A stretch of DNA of 64,000 nt from Eledone cirrhosa (GCA_964016885.1 OZ024752.1:19902001-19966000), one strand, 5' to 3'; shown: positions 16,561-29,514, counted from the stretch's first letter. The notes: generated by a model not told the origin, from the letters alone. A program made the numbers and translations.

Positions 16561-16676
16561 AACCTGGGGCCCCTGCCCTTATTGCCAATTATCTCTTTTG
16601 TTCCAGAACCCTTATTGCAAATTATCTCTTTTATATTGTTTTGAAACATCATTGATTTAGTAAAAGAAAAAAAAAA

Positions 16677-16693
16677 GTAATAATAATAGTAAC

Positions 16694-16749
<56 letters not shown>
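16677..16749. repeat. (TAA)n microsatellite
   Basis: Direct reading. Confidence 0.95.
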
Positions 16750-17039
16750 GGGAAGAAGACGCACGAGGTGGCGGAAGGTCATGAAATCGCTCCCGTAAGT
16801 TTTGAATTTTTAACATATTTAAATCATTTGTGAAATAACAACTCTTAGTACAAATGCTACGTAAAGCATCCGGCTTGAGCCCCCAAAAATTCGGACCCCA
16901 AATATATTGTTATAAGGCTCAAATATTCAAATATTCAACTTTGTATTGTACATTGTATATTCAAAAAAGAAAATGGCTATAAATGGAAGAAGAACCCCCC
17001 CCCCCTCCTCTGTCTACACTATATAGAACAGCCAAACAA

Positions 17040-17590
17040 CACCAATCTCACCAACACCAGAAACTAGATACACCACCTACCCCATCACCTCTCTGTGTAC
17101 ACTAAACACAACAGCCAGATAACGGCAATTTCACCACCACCACTCACTACTGCCATCATTACCACCACTATCCCATCACCGCCGCCACCACTCCTTCATT
17201 CTACCACCGCTACAACACCATCACTACAGTAATACGATCACATCACCGGTATCGACATCACCACCACCACTGTCTCAGTATCGATACCGCCGCTACTGTC
17301 TCCCACATCTCCACGCTGGCTGCTGCCACCACATTATAGAATTACTATTATAGAATTACTATTATTATTGTCTCAAATTTAAAAAAAAAAATGTTTAATT
17401 CCAATTTTACGGGAATATGTCAACACAAAATATAATAAAAATATATATTAAACATACGAACACAAACTCATAGATACTACATATCAGTAACCACAACGCC
17501 ACCGCTGCCACCACCCCACCCCATCCATCATTCCTACCACTATCCCATCGTCGCCGCCACCACTCCTTCAATGCTACCACCACTATTCCC
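17040..17590. repeat. (CAC)-rich low-complexity region with an internal ~45-bp duplication
   Basis: ccactatcccatc..cgccgccaccactccttca at ~17166 and ~17537. Confidence 0.6.
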
Positions 17591-17827
17591 CTGCTAACTT
17601 GAGAGAGAAAGGGGAAGGTGGCGGTATCACTAGACAAGGGAGAGGCTAGCAAAAGATATAAATAGATTGACTTAGTGACCTGGCCGCCGGCCAAACGTCA
17701 ACATCAACAACTATGGGACTGCTGGCTCACCCCTTCCTCACCAACAATATAAAAAGCCCCGGCACCACCACCGACATAGCCAACAACAATAACAGCCAAC
17801 TACAACAAAAAGTATATTATATTATTG

Positions 17828-17880
17828 TAATGCACTGGGTGATTGCTGGCCTTGTGCCTGGAGTGGAGACAATTATTAAT
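17828..17880 (+). mobile_element. SINE 3' fragment
   Basis: taatgcactgg...ctggccttgtgcc...aattattaat resembles the 3' part of the copies at 23661 and 26520. Confidence 0.5.
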
Positions 17881-17959
17881 AATTTCATTCTTAAGCCACG
17901 CAATGCTCACATTAAGGAACCACTCATGATAATAACAATTTAAAAAACAACAAAAAGAA

Positions 17960-18236
17960 AACCCCATGACCAAGAAATACCGGGATGGCGGCCGGCGGGG
18001 AATAGCCGTGTCTCTAGGGGAGAACGACCCCTCTAGTCTTGGTTGACACTCGTTCTAGAAGTGGTAACACTAAATGATTACCCCTTGGCGGATAAGGATA
18101 AAACGCGACAAAATAAAGTAAATGTCTAATGATAAAATCTCATACCGGATCGGCCGTCACCCGGGTAAAAAAGGGCCGCGTCCCTCAGAGGGGAACCAGA
18201 CTGGGGTCGAAAAATCAGCTAATGGTTCAAACCTTC
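17960..18236 (+). mobile_element. 5' end of R4/Dong element B (18001-18236 duplicated at 19722-19956)
   Basis: Near-identical direct repeat with about 7 differences. Confidence 0.85.
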
Positions 18237-19627
18237 ATTGTGATGAGGAGGGGTAGGTTGAGCAGAAGTAACGGAATCCAGATACCAACAGGTGAGATGA
18301 TAAAGGAAATTGACTCTGAGGAAGGATACAAGTATTTGGGCGTTCTGGAGGCTGATGGCATAAAGAACAAAAAAATGAAGGAATTGTTAAGAACTGAATA
18401 CATTCGGAGAATAAGGAGCGTATTGAAGTCACATCTGAACAGCAGAATGCCATAAGCGCAGTAAATTTCCGAGCTGTGTCTATTATTAGGTACAGTGCGG
18501 GAATTCTGAGATGGAATGTTGCTGAACAAAAAGAAATGGATAGGAAGACTAGGAAGCTATTGACTATCTACAACATGTTCCACAAGAGGAGTGATGTCGA
18601 TAGACTCTACCTAAGGAGATCTGAGGGTGGAAGAGGTCTTATCAGCATAGAGGACTGTGTTCAGATGGAGAAAAACAACCTACACAAATACGTGATGATA
18701 GTAAGGAGCCAATGCTCAGAACTGTACTGAACGAGGGGACAATAGGCCAGGGGATGTCCAAGGAGGAAATAACATCAAGGAGAAAGAGCAGCCTTCAGGA
18801 AAAATCCCTTCATAGTACCTTCTTTGAGAAAACTGAATTTAGAGATCCACAGACATGGAACTGGTTGAGAAGAGGAGACCTTAAAAAGGCTACAGAAGGA
18901 ATGTTAATGGCTGCGCAGGAGCAGGCCCTCAAAACGAAGTGGTTGAAACACCATATTTACAAGGAGGAGGCTAGCCCACTGTGCAGGATCTGTGGAGAGA
19001 GAGAGGAGACTGTGGCTCACATTGTATCCGAGTGTAAACACCTAGCCCAGACCCACTATAAGGGCTGGAGACATGATGTGATGGGCAGGGTGATCCACTG
19101 GCACCTGTGCAAAGTAAACAATTTACCACATTCTGAGAAATGGTATGAGCATAAGCCAGAGGCGGTGATGGAGAACGATCAGGTGAAGGTGCTGTGGGAT
19201 TTTAGGATACAGACGGACAAGAAACTGGAACACAATAGACCTGACCTGGTGGTTGTGGACAAAGAAAAAAGATCGTGTCTGATTGTGGATGTGGCCTGCC
19301 CATTCGACACGAGCTTGCAAGAGAAGGAGAGGGAGAAAATTAACCGATACCAGGACTTAAAGTGGGAGGTAAAAAGGATTTGGAACTGCCATGAAGTCAA
19401 AGTGATCCCGATTGTCATAGGCGCACTGGGGACTATCTCCAAAAGTTTCCAGGGATGGTTAAAGAAAATCGGCCCCTTCACGCTTTTTGGAACGCTTCAA
19501 AAGGCATGCTTGCTGGGAACAGCAAGAACCCTCCGATACGTCCTGAATATCTGAGGCTGCAGGTAGTGGCTTGATATTCATTCCAACGGACTTTCCAGTT
19601 AACTAACATCAATGACTGAGATTCAAG

Positions 19628-19628
<1 letters not shown>
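18237..19628 (+). mobile_element. 5'-truncated R4/Dong-clade retrotransposon (family A) with RLE endonuclease
   Basis: YKYLG; RLYLRRSEGGRGL; CRICGEREETVAHIVSEC; RHD; HNRPDLVVVD..CLIVDVACP; K..RYQDL; (TAA)n tail. Confidence 0.92.

Positions 19629-19724
<96 letters not shown>
19629..19724. repeat. (TAA)n microsatellite, tail or target of the Dong element
   Basis: Direct reading. Confidence 0.95.
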
Positions 19725-19725
<1 letters not shown>

Positions 19726-22700
19726 GCCGTGTCTCTAGGGGAGAACGACCCCTGTAGTCTTGGTTGACACTCGTTCTAGAAGTGGTAACACGAAATGATT
19801 ACCCCTTGGCGGATAAGGATAAAATGCGACAAAATAAAGTAAATGTCTAATGATAAAATCTCATACCGGATCAGCCGTCACCCGGGTAAAAAAGGGCCGC
19901 TGCCTCAGAGAGGAACCAGACTGGGGTCGAAAAATCAGCTAATGGTTCAAACCTTCCCATCACTTCGGAGCTGGAGACCTCCCATAACCGGAATACTCCT
20001 ACTGTTGGCCCTCCATGCTCACCACCAAGAAATCCAAAGAAAAAGAGAGAAAAATGGTCAAGGGAAGATAATAAAGAAGTCCTTGAGGCTTTCTACACTG
20101 CCATGTACTACCCATCAAATACATCGAATACAGAACAGACATATATCAACTGGAAAAAGAAACATCCCGAAAACAGAGGCTATATTGACAGTAACAAACT
20201 AGCCAATATACGAAGAAATATTGTAAGAAACAAGTTACTAACTGATATAGAAATTGATCAGATCAAGCTATTAGCACAAAGTCAGCGAAGGGAAAATGAA
20301 ACATGTGTCAGTGAAAACGAGGTAAATTGTAACACTTCGAATCCCAGGGTTGGGGCGGAATCACTGGCAACAGAACAAATTAAAGAAAGGATCGAAAAAG
20401 TGGAGGGAGTGCATGCTCAAGATGAAACTCCAAATGAAAATGAGATCGTAAATGATAAAGAAATGAATGAGAATGAACTTGCCAACTTGAAGGATGAAAT
20501 TATGATCGAATGGATGAAAATGAAAGAATCTGACATGGGGCAACGAGACACCCTCCAAACAGAACCAAAAGATAATACACAAGACTAACATAATTCTCAA
20601 AAACATTATCATCACAAACAAACTAAACATTACTGATTTAAATCATCTCTATTATGCATCGGCTAAAGTCACCACTCACTTATGTGGAGTGAAGATAAAA
20701 AAACAAAGGAATTCCCACAAGAAATCTACTTGGCAAGAGAACATCAATCGCCAAATAAACCTTCTCCGATCTGACATAGAAATTTTAACAAACTATAAAG
20801 TAGGTGAACATGTTAAACAAACTAAACTTAGAAAATTGAAAAGAAAGTACAGTATAAAATCAACAAGTGACATAGACATGCTGATAGAAATAATCAAGCA
20901 AAAAGTGTCGGCCAAAGCTGCTCGTATAAGGCGCTTTGAAAAACGAACTAGATTCTATAAAGACAATAATATGTTCAAAAACAACCAAAGAAACTTCTAC
21001 AGAAAAATTGGTAAGTCAACAATAACTGCTAAATCAATACCACCCAGGGAGGAAGTGCAAGAATTCTGGGAAAAGATCTGGGCCGAAGAAAAAGTTCATA
21101 ACATACATGCCCCATGGATAGACAGACAAATGAAAGATACAGCTCACCTTGAGGAACAAATATGGGAAAATATAACAGTTGAACAGTTGCGCTTGGCTCT
21201 AAGAAAAACCAGCAAATGGAAATCCCCAGGAAAAGACAAAATACAAAACTTTTGGATAAATGCCTTCACAGAGTCTCATGAACTGTTAGCCCAACTTTAC
21301 AATGAAATAGTTAAGGAGCCAGAAAAGATACCATCATGGCTAGTTAACGGCATTACATTCCTGCTTCCGAAGAATGATGAGACAAACAATCCCAAAAATT
21401 ACAGACCGATAACTTGCTTGACCACAATGTATAAAATTTTAACATCAGTCCTAACTGAATACACATATGACCACCTGATAACAAATGACCTATTGATCAT
21501 TGAGCAGAAAGGGTGTAAACGAGGCTCATATGGCTGTAAGGATCAGCTTTTGGTTAACAAAATGATACTGGAAGATTGTCATAATAGACACAAACATCTA
21601 TCGATTGCTTGGATAGATTATAAAAAAGCATTCGATAGTTTGCCACACAGTTGGATTGAAAAATGTTTAGAGATTTTCAAAAAATCCCCCGTTGTCAGGA
21701 GGTTTTTGTCATTCAGTATGAAGACATGGAAAACGACACTCCTTTTGAATAGTGAAACAAAATCACTGGAAGCTGGAGAAGTTAATATTAATTGTGGAAT
21801 TTTTCAGGGTGACTCTTTATCACCGCTTTTATTCTGCATCGCACTTATACCATTAAGTAAAATGCTCAATGAAACAAAACATGGATATAAAGTCTATGAC
21901 AAAACCATTAATCACCTGTTCTACATGGATGACCTGAAACTATTTGCAAAAAATGATGAACAATTGCAAGGGCTATTATCCACTGTGAAGCAGTTCAGTG
22001 ATGACATTAAAATGGAGTTTGGACTAGATAAATGCGCCAAAGCAACGTTCACCAGAGGAAAGCTGCTGAAGAGTTCAGACATTAATCTTGATCGGGGGAA
22101 CGTGATAAGAGAACTTGATCAAGAAAAAACTTACAAATATCTAGGTGTTTGTGAAGGAGACGGAATCAAGCACTCGACAATGAGGGAAAGGATAAGGAAG
22201 GAATGTTACCGCAGAGTAAGAGCAATCTTAAGAACGGAATTGAATGCAAGGAATAGGATCGATGCCATAAACACGCTTGCCATACCAGTAGTAACCTACA
22301 GTTACAATGTCATCAACTGGTCAAGCACAGAGATCAGTAGGCTCGATACAAAAATTCGAAAATTCTTAACCATGCACAGAATTCATCACCCTAAGGCAGA
22401 TATAGATAGAATATATCTCCCTAGGAAAGAAGGAGGACGTGGGTTAATCCAGTTAGACATTGCGTTGAAAACTGCAACAATTGGATTATCTACATATCTA
22501 AGGGAATCACATGATTGGATGATCAAACTCGTTTTGAAACACGAAAGCATCAAAAGATCATATTCCATTACAAAAGATGCACAAAGATACAGTAATGGAC
22601 TACAAATTTCAGAAGTCCCATTTACTGCTGAAATGGAAAACACAGAAAAAGCAAAGCAGGTAAAAGTAACTGCAAAGAAAGAACTGCTACAGAAACTGGC

Positions 22701-23617
22701 TAAGAAATGGCAAGAAAAGCCTCTGTATGGAAAATACCCAGAGCGAGCTAACAATCCTGATGTTGACAAAACTTTAACCCATCAGTGGTTGGCATCCTCT
22801 GGACTGAAATCGGAGACTGAAGGACTGATTATATCAGCACAAGATCAGTGTCTGCCAACAAAAAATTACCAAGCCAAACATAATAAAAAATGGATGCAGC
22901 CCATTATGCCGTGTATGCAAAAAACAACCAGAGACCATTGACCATATAATTTCAATGTGCAGTCCTATAGCTCCAACCGAATACCTAAACAGGCATGACA
23001 GAGCTGCACAATACATACATTGGATAATGTGTAAGCATTTTGACCTGCCCCATCAAAAGAATTGGTGGGAGCATCAACCACCTCCCATACTTGAAAAAGA
23101 TCACATCTCAATCTTGTGGAACTTTAGCATCCAAACAGACCGAAAAATAGATGCAAATAGACCTGATATAATATTGAAGGACTTTAAAAAGAGGGTATGC
23201 CTGCTAATTGATATGTCTGTTCCAATAGACAAGAATGTATCTATAAAAACATTTGAAAAATTGAGCAAGTATAAGGACCTGGAGATAGAAATTGGAAAAA
23301 TGTGGAAATTGAGAACTAAAACAATACCAGTGGTTGTAGGCGCTCTGGGAATGATACCTAAGGGGTCTAATGATTACTTATCGCAAAACCCAGGAAACCC
23401 GCGTATAGGAGAAATACAAAAGATAGTACTAATGGGAACTACCCATATACTAAGGAAGATTCTGTCAATATAAGTACATCACAAGTCTAAACACTAAAGA
23501 TGCATGTGTGAGTATGTATGTTCTTTCTCGAACATGGCGGACCTTGTTGGCTCTTGAGATCACTGGTTGTGACTTGGTGATAACTCGTATGAATATAAAG
23601 CAAGATAAATGCAACTG
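19722..23617 (+). mobile_element. Near full-length R4/Dong-clade retrotransposon (family B), frameshifted
   Basis: N-terminal KWSREDNKEVLEAFY; RT in 20689..22941 (NYRPITCL, IDYKKAFDS, GIFQGDSLSPLLF, YMDD, YKYLG); CRVCKKQPETIDHIISMC; RLE in 22955..23473 (RHD, RPDII, KYKDL); (TAA)n tail from 23618. Confidence 0.93.
20689..22941 (+). pseudogene. R4/Dong reverse transcriptase (750-aa open segment of a frameshifted ORF)
   Basis: Complete RT motif set; frameshifts before and after the segment. Confidence 0.9.
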
Positions 23618-23660
23618 TAATAATAATAATAATACACTATTAATAATTATTAATTAATTG

Positions 23661-23772
23661 TTTCTACTTTTGGCACAAGGCCAGGAATTATCACAGTGCA
23701 TTACTGGTACTTTATTTTATCGACCCCGTAAGGATGAAAGGCAAAGTTAACCTCGGCGGGTTTTGAACTCAG
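23661..23772 (-). mobile_element. tRNA-related SINE (5'-truncated)
   Basis: Minus strand ctgagttcaaaacccgccgaggttaactttgcctttcatcc...gtaccagtaatgcactg, with B-box-like GTTCAAA; related copies at 26520 and 38395. Confidence 0.75.
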
Positions 23773-24771
23773 AATAATTATTAATTAATGCAACCGTGCA
23801 ATGCCTGTGCGTGAAGAATATTTTTAAAGTGAGGAAAGACTGTGCACTGAGCTAATCCCACTCTCTGAGCGACAGTAGCTATAACCCGAAAAGAAGAAAA
23901 GATTAACATCATCGGTAACTACTGAGCCGCAAGTTTTACGTCGGAGTTAACCCAGTTTCCTGAGATGCCTTCTCCTAGAAGAATGCCCTAACAAGGCCTG
24001 GGGGTTCTTCACTCCCAGTGGTTTAACTGCGCGATCGAGTATCCAGGCCGACTATTTCTATGTCCCTGCGCATAAAGAAAAAAAACTCACTTATTGACAC
24101 TCATACGTACGACATACACACACGCTCACACACACACACATACATACACACGCACACACCTACACTCATGCATACAAACAAACACACACACATATATATA
24201 TATATATTATATTAATTAAACGATATATGTGATTGCTATAGAAAATAATCTACACTGATTAATTTTGATATAATATATAAGTATAATTAGCTAATGCATA
24301 ATCAAATACTAAAGATATTCAATTGTTTAGTTGAATTGATTGGATGTCTTATTTGATCTAGCATTTGAAAACAACCGTTTTTTTTGTTTTCTATATCCCC
24401 CTCTATTTGATGTTTCCTTTATTTTTCTTTATTTTTCTTTACCCCCTTCTGTTCCCTTTACTTTCCTTACATTTTCCATCTTTTGTCGTTATTCCTCTTT
24501 TCTTTTTTATATATTTCTTTTACTCATTCATTCTTTTATCTATTTATGTATGTATTTATATATATATATTTCGTTTCTGAATTTGTTTAGCAAGATTCTT
24601 TATCTGAAATCGTGTGTTGAAACCGATATTGTTATACTTTGGGAGGGTCATGTTGCCAATAAGAAACACACGCACCAGTTGCTTTCACTTCAATTTATTA
24701 TAATAAATTTAGGAATTTATAAATTTCCGGTTGATTGGTTGGTTCCATAATCAGATGGTTGTTTATATATT

Positions 24772-24814
24772 GTCAAAGTTCTTTCGTCACACAATCTGTG
24801 ACCTCTTCAGTGAC
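24772..24814 (-). ncRNA. Minimal type I hammerhead ribozyme motif
   Basis: Minus strand: gtca CTGAAGA g-gtcaca-gattg-tgtgac GAAA gaac TT tgac. Confidence 0.82.
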
Positions 24815-25854
24815 TGGGGATTCTTTTCTTTGTTTTTGTGCCTCTTCTTTGTTCTGTCCTACGCCATTTTGTTTCTGTGTGTGTGTTGTCTGCTCAGTCT
24901 GCGCATGCGCCACATCCGGGTGTCTGTGTGTGTTTATATTCGTTTATTTATTTGTTTATTTACATGTTACAGGTTGGTTGTTTGTTCTATGTGCGTGTGT
25001 GTTTTCATTTTGTCCTTAATTGTAAGTTGTGATGTTGCTGTTCCACTCATATTTTCTATTTAATTTTGGTTGTAATTCTTTTTATGTTTATTGCCTCTGT
25101 GATTTGTCTAAACATTGCGTCTTTTCTCTGTGTAGATTCTATTTTTATTTCTATGTTCTTTAATTTACCCTTATGTTCTATTTTAGCATGTTGGTAGAGT
25201 ACAGATGATTCTTTACTATCTTCAAGGTCTCGCCAGTGTTCATTTATCCGTTCCCCTACACTACGAGCTGTCTCACCTATGTACACTATATTTTTGTCTC
25301 TACATTGTCCTTCAGTATATCTTATGCTATATATAGCATAAGATGTACTGAAGGACAATGTAGAGACAAAAATATAGTGTACATAGGTGAGACAGCTCGT
25401 AGTGTAGGGGAACGGATAAATGAACACTGGCGAGACCTTCAAGATAATAAAGAATCATCTGTACTCTACCAACATGCTAAAATAGAACACAAGGGTAAAT
25501 TAGAGAACATAGAAATAAAAATAGAATCTACACACAGAAAAGACGCAATGTTTAGACAAATTACAGAGGCAATAAACATAAAAGAATTACAACCAAAATT
25601 AAATAGAAAATATGAGTGGAACAGCAACATCACAACTTACAATTAAGGACAAAATGAAAACACACACACACATAGAACAAACAACCAACCAACAATAAAT
25701 AAATAAATAAATAAACAAATAGATAAATGAACAGAAACACACACAGACACCCGGATGTGGCGCATGCGCAGACTGAGCACACAACACACACACAGAAACA
25801 AAATGGCGTAGGACAGAACAAAGGAGAGGCACAGAAACAAAGAAAGGAATCCCC

Positions 25855-25899
25855 AGTCACTGAAGAGGTCACAGAGTGTGTGACGAAAGGACTATGACT
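25855..25899 (+). ncRNA. Minimal type I hammerhead ribozyme motif
   Basis: agtca CTGAAGA g-gtcaca-gagtg-tgtgac GAAA ggac TA tgact. Confidence 0.82.
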
Positions 25900-26260
25900 A
25901 TATATAAACAACTATCTGGTTGTGGAACCAACCAACCAACCAGAAATTTATAAATTTATAAATTTATTATAAATTGAAGTGAAAGCAACTGGTGCGTGTG
26001 TTTCTTATTGGCAACATGACCCTCCCAAAGTATAACAATATATATATATATATTTATATATGTATTTATTTATTTTTTCTTGCCTTTCCTCCTATTTACA
26101 CTCTCTCTCATATCTCTAATTTGCTTTACGTCCTTTTTTTCTTTAAGTTTATCATATTATTTGTGGTATATAAACATTGAGATTTGATGAAATAAATCAC
26201 TGCCAATACTGGAATTGTATAATCAAGACCTAGCGGTATGTCATATATCAAATCATATAT

Positions 26261-26322
26261 TTTATCTGATGAAGATGTACTGAAAAAAAGCAACACAGTA
26301 CCTTTGAAATATATATAATAAA
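26261..26322 (+). ncRNA. Type I hammerhead ribozyme motif
   Basis: tttat CTGATGA ..gtactg-13nt-cagtac.. GAAA tatata TA ataaa; same layout as 10576-10640. Confidence 0.8.
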
Positions 26323-26519
26323 GCATATATTTTGATTACGTGAATATCTTTCATTTGTTAATATTTTGAATAATTATATATATTACAGTCATGACTGGTA
26401 CAAGATTACAAGATTATGTCAACTGTTGACTTTCGAAAGAGTTCGTATAGTTGAAGCCGTTCGTGTTACCATTCAGTATTATTATAATTGCTTTACAGCA
26501 TAGAGCTATGACCCTCCAC

Positions 26520-26645
26520 GCTCCGAGCTCAAATCCCGCCGAGGTCAACCTTGCCTTTGACCCCCACGGAGTCAACAAAAGAGAGTACCAGTAATGCACT
26601 GGAACAGTCGCTGGCTCCGTGCCAAAAGCAGAAAAATTATTATTA
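26520..26645 (+). mobile_element. tRNA-related SINE copy
   Basis: gagctcaaatcccgccgaggtcaaccttgccttt...gtaccagtaatgcactgg, homologous to the 23661-23772 copy. Confidence 0.72.
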
Positions 26646-27401
26646 AAGTTGTTGTTTTCTTAAGGCCCGGTCGCTGGTGATGGTGATGGCGGCGGTGGAT
26701 GGTGGTGGTGATGGCGGCGGTGGTGGTGGATGGTGGTGGTGGCAGTTGATGTTGTTGTTGTGTTGTCTGTGTGTGTGTGTGTGTTATTTGTTTGTGTTGT
26801 TGGTTTTTCTCGTTTGCTGCCGCTGTTGTTGTAAATGTTCATTTCATTTCATTCTGAAGCTGTTGTTGCTGTAAACATTAGTGCCGGTGTTGTTGTTGTT
26901 GTAGATGTCGGGGTTGAAATCTGGTCGTTTGACTGAGTGATGTATATACTCACACATACATACATGTATATACATATATATACATATATATACACATACA
27001 CATTCAACACAGAGTATAGAGTTTGACAACAGGTGAGTTTACAAGGGTAATGACATGTGTAAATGTAAATGTAGTGGTGGGGAGAGAGTGTAGACGTTAT
27101 TGTGGTGGCGGGAGGGTGAGATGTATTTAGTTCATTTGTCCGTTTTCTTCTCTTTGCAAAATTTGAATTTTAACTATGTTATATTGAGATGTAAGTAATT
27201 GTAAAATGTAATATATAAATAAGGATTGCTCTGGCAAAATATACGAAAATATTTGTGTAACTTCCACAAACTTCTGTCGTGACATTCCCGAGGCCAGTGA
27301 GCAAAAAATTGTTGTATTTTGATGTTTCAGAATACAAAATTTAATTAAAAACTTACCCCACGAAAAGACAGCGTGTGTTGGCCTATCTATAAGCTCTCTA
27401 C

Positions 27402-27474
<73 letters not shown>

Positions 27475-27479
<5 letters not shown>

Positions 27480-29512
27480 ACAGAGAGAAAGAGACGATTA
27501 TGAGGAAGAAAAATTTTTTTTTTTCCTTTTTTGTTTCTCTCTCTCTTTTTTCTGGGTTAGGAAATGATTAAAACGAAATATTTTACTTTGTGTGAAGTGT
27601 TAAGGTATTAGTTGATTTATTTATTATTTAACAATGGCATTTATTTATCTATTTATATATTTAATTATTGTCTATTACCGGTTTCAGCATTTATATGCGT
27701 TATCAAATGATATTGAAATGTATTAGTGTGGTGTCGCACATGTTAAACAGAAGGTGCAGAAAGAATAATGTTATTTACAAACAAGGTTTAAGAAGTGAAA
27801 AGAAAAAAGAAAAAGGAAAAAAAGGTGCATAATGTGGAACGTAAAGTCAATGTGGAAGAAAAAATAATGTTATTTACAAGCACAGTCATTGAAGTTAAGC
27901 AGTTCAAAATGTGTTAATATAGCAAGAGTGCTTAGTTGAACCATGGTTCCGTGATGGGGGCAAATGGTGGATTGAGGTTTGATATGATTTCCCTTTTTAG
28001 AGAGTTAATATGCAGGGGGAAGCAATTCTTGCTGGGTGATATTTAATTTATTTAAGAAAAGGGATTAGGTAGGGTGTGAGGGAGGTAACTCTAGTAAATG
28101 TTTGATTGTTTGTTGCAGTTTTTTGGTCCGAATTTTAGAGCATTAAGTAGTGATTGAAATTTATTAATGAAATGTGTTTCCTTATAGGTACGTTGGATGA
28201 AAGTAGCGTTGTCTATGAATTTGTAAATGGGGAAAATTTTAAAATTTGGATGTTGGCGGAGGCTGTTTTTTGTCTGTCCTATGTAGTGCTCTTGACAACC
28301 TGATCAGGTCAAAACATAGATTAGGTTTTCAGATGCACATGTAAAGTTGTGTTTAACTGTGAAATGTTGTCCTTGTTAAAATGGAATGTTGAACCTTCTA
28401 TTAGATTTATGCATATACCACAGTTGGGCCTTCCGCATTTTTTACTGTAGGGTTCATTGTGAGGGCTGATTGGATTTTGGCTTGTGTGAGGATGTTTTTT
28501 ATGGATTTCGGTTGTCTTTTACTCTTTATGATGTTGTGTGTTTGGAGGATTTTATTCATTCTTGGGTCTCTTTTTAGTAAAGGAATGTTCTGGAGGATGG
28601 TGTCGAATGCCTCATTGTTGAGGGGGTTGTGTGTGGAGATGTATGGTAGAGTTTTCTGCTGTGGTTCATTCCTGGGTTTGGGGTGTCTGAGTTCCTGGAT
28701 GTTGAGTTTTAGGGCACGTTGGAATCCATTGTTGATTAAGGATGGTGGGTAGTTTCTGCTGATAAGTGTGTTTTTTAATTCTTCTAGTCGTGTGTAGCAT
28801 GTGGATTTATCTGAAACTATTGTGCAGATCCTTCTGGCTATGTTATAAGGAATTGCCATTTTGGTATGGCGAGGGTGGCACGAGTTAAATGGAAGATATT
28901 GTTTGGAGTATGTGGGTTTGTAGTATATGTCTGCTTCTATTTTGTTGTTTGTTTTCTTGATGAGGATGTCGAGGAAAGGGAGTTGTTCATGGCTGTAATC
29001 CATTGTAAATTGTAAGTTAGTGTTGAGTCCATTCAGAAGGGTTTTAAACTCAAACAGTCTATCTATATTTTCATGCCAGAGGATGAAGCAGTCGTCCAGA
29101 TATCTCTTCCAGTTCTTTTCTATGTGTTGGTAGAAGTGGTTGCCGTATTTGTCTAGAACTTTGCGGTAGAGAGTGGTTTCCAAATATCCCATGACAAGGT
29201 TGGCGTATGAGGGGGCTACTTTCGTGCCCATGGCAGTCCCAGATTTCTGTCTGTAGTATTTGGCATTGAATTCGAAGAGATTGTTTTCCAAGATGAATTT
29301 GAGTCCCTCCAACACAAATTCTTTAGGAATGCGCTATGGGAGTTCACTAGAGAAATTTTCAAGCCAGAATTGTATTGCTTCTGTACTTAGGTTGTGTGGG
29401 ATATTGGAATATAAATTGATGACATCAAAGGTTACTAGTAGGGTATGTTCATTATTGAGTGTTGTTGGGAGGTGGTTGAGCATGTCAAGGTCGTCCCTTA
29501 TGAAGCTTTTTA
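27475..29512 (-). mobile_element. 5'-truncated Penelope-like element (Neptune-like): RT + GIY-YIG + pLTR
   Basis: [12 protein letters not shown]; YRQKSGTAMGTKVAPSYANL; RYLDD; LPFLD; YYKPT; SCHPRH; downstream NLIYVLT*SGCQEHYIGQT; degenerate hammerhead (GAAA ccgg TA) at ~27672-27712. Confidence 0.9.
28407..29315 (-). pseudogene. PLE reverse transcriptase fragment
   Basis: GTAMG and YLDD PLE-type RT motifs. Confidence 0.9.
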
Positions 29513-29514
29513 TG

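Larger units (their letters stand above)
24626..26041. mobile_element. ~1.4-kb spacerless palindrome of two head-to-head PLE 3' ends (GIY-YIG + pLTR)
   Basis: Centre atcttatgc-tatatata-gcataagat at ~25331; both arms encode YSIR(C/Y)TEGQC..YIGETARS..E..P.LN; hammerhead in each arm. Confidence 0.92.

Noticed and set aside
24599-24630. Hammerhead-like tttat CTGAAAT...GAAA ccg
   Set aside because: Core mismatched and no stems I or II; interrupted by the palindrome end
26820-27400. Possible host exons (CAG|GTGAGT at ~27030; minus-strand GG|GTAAGT at ~27355)
   Set aside because: Isolated splice-like motifs without a supporting reading frame
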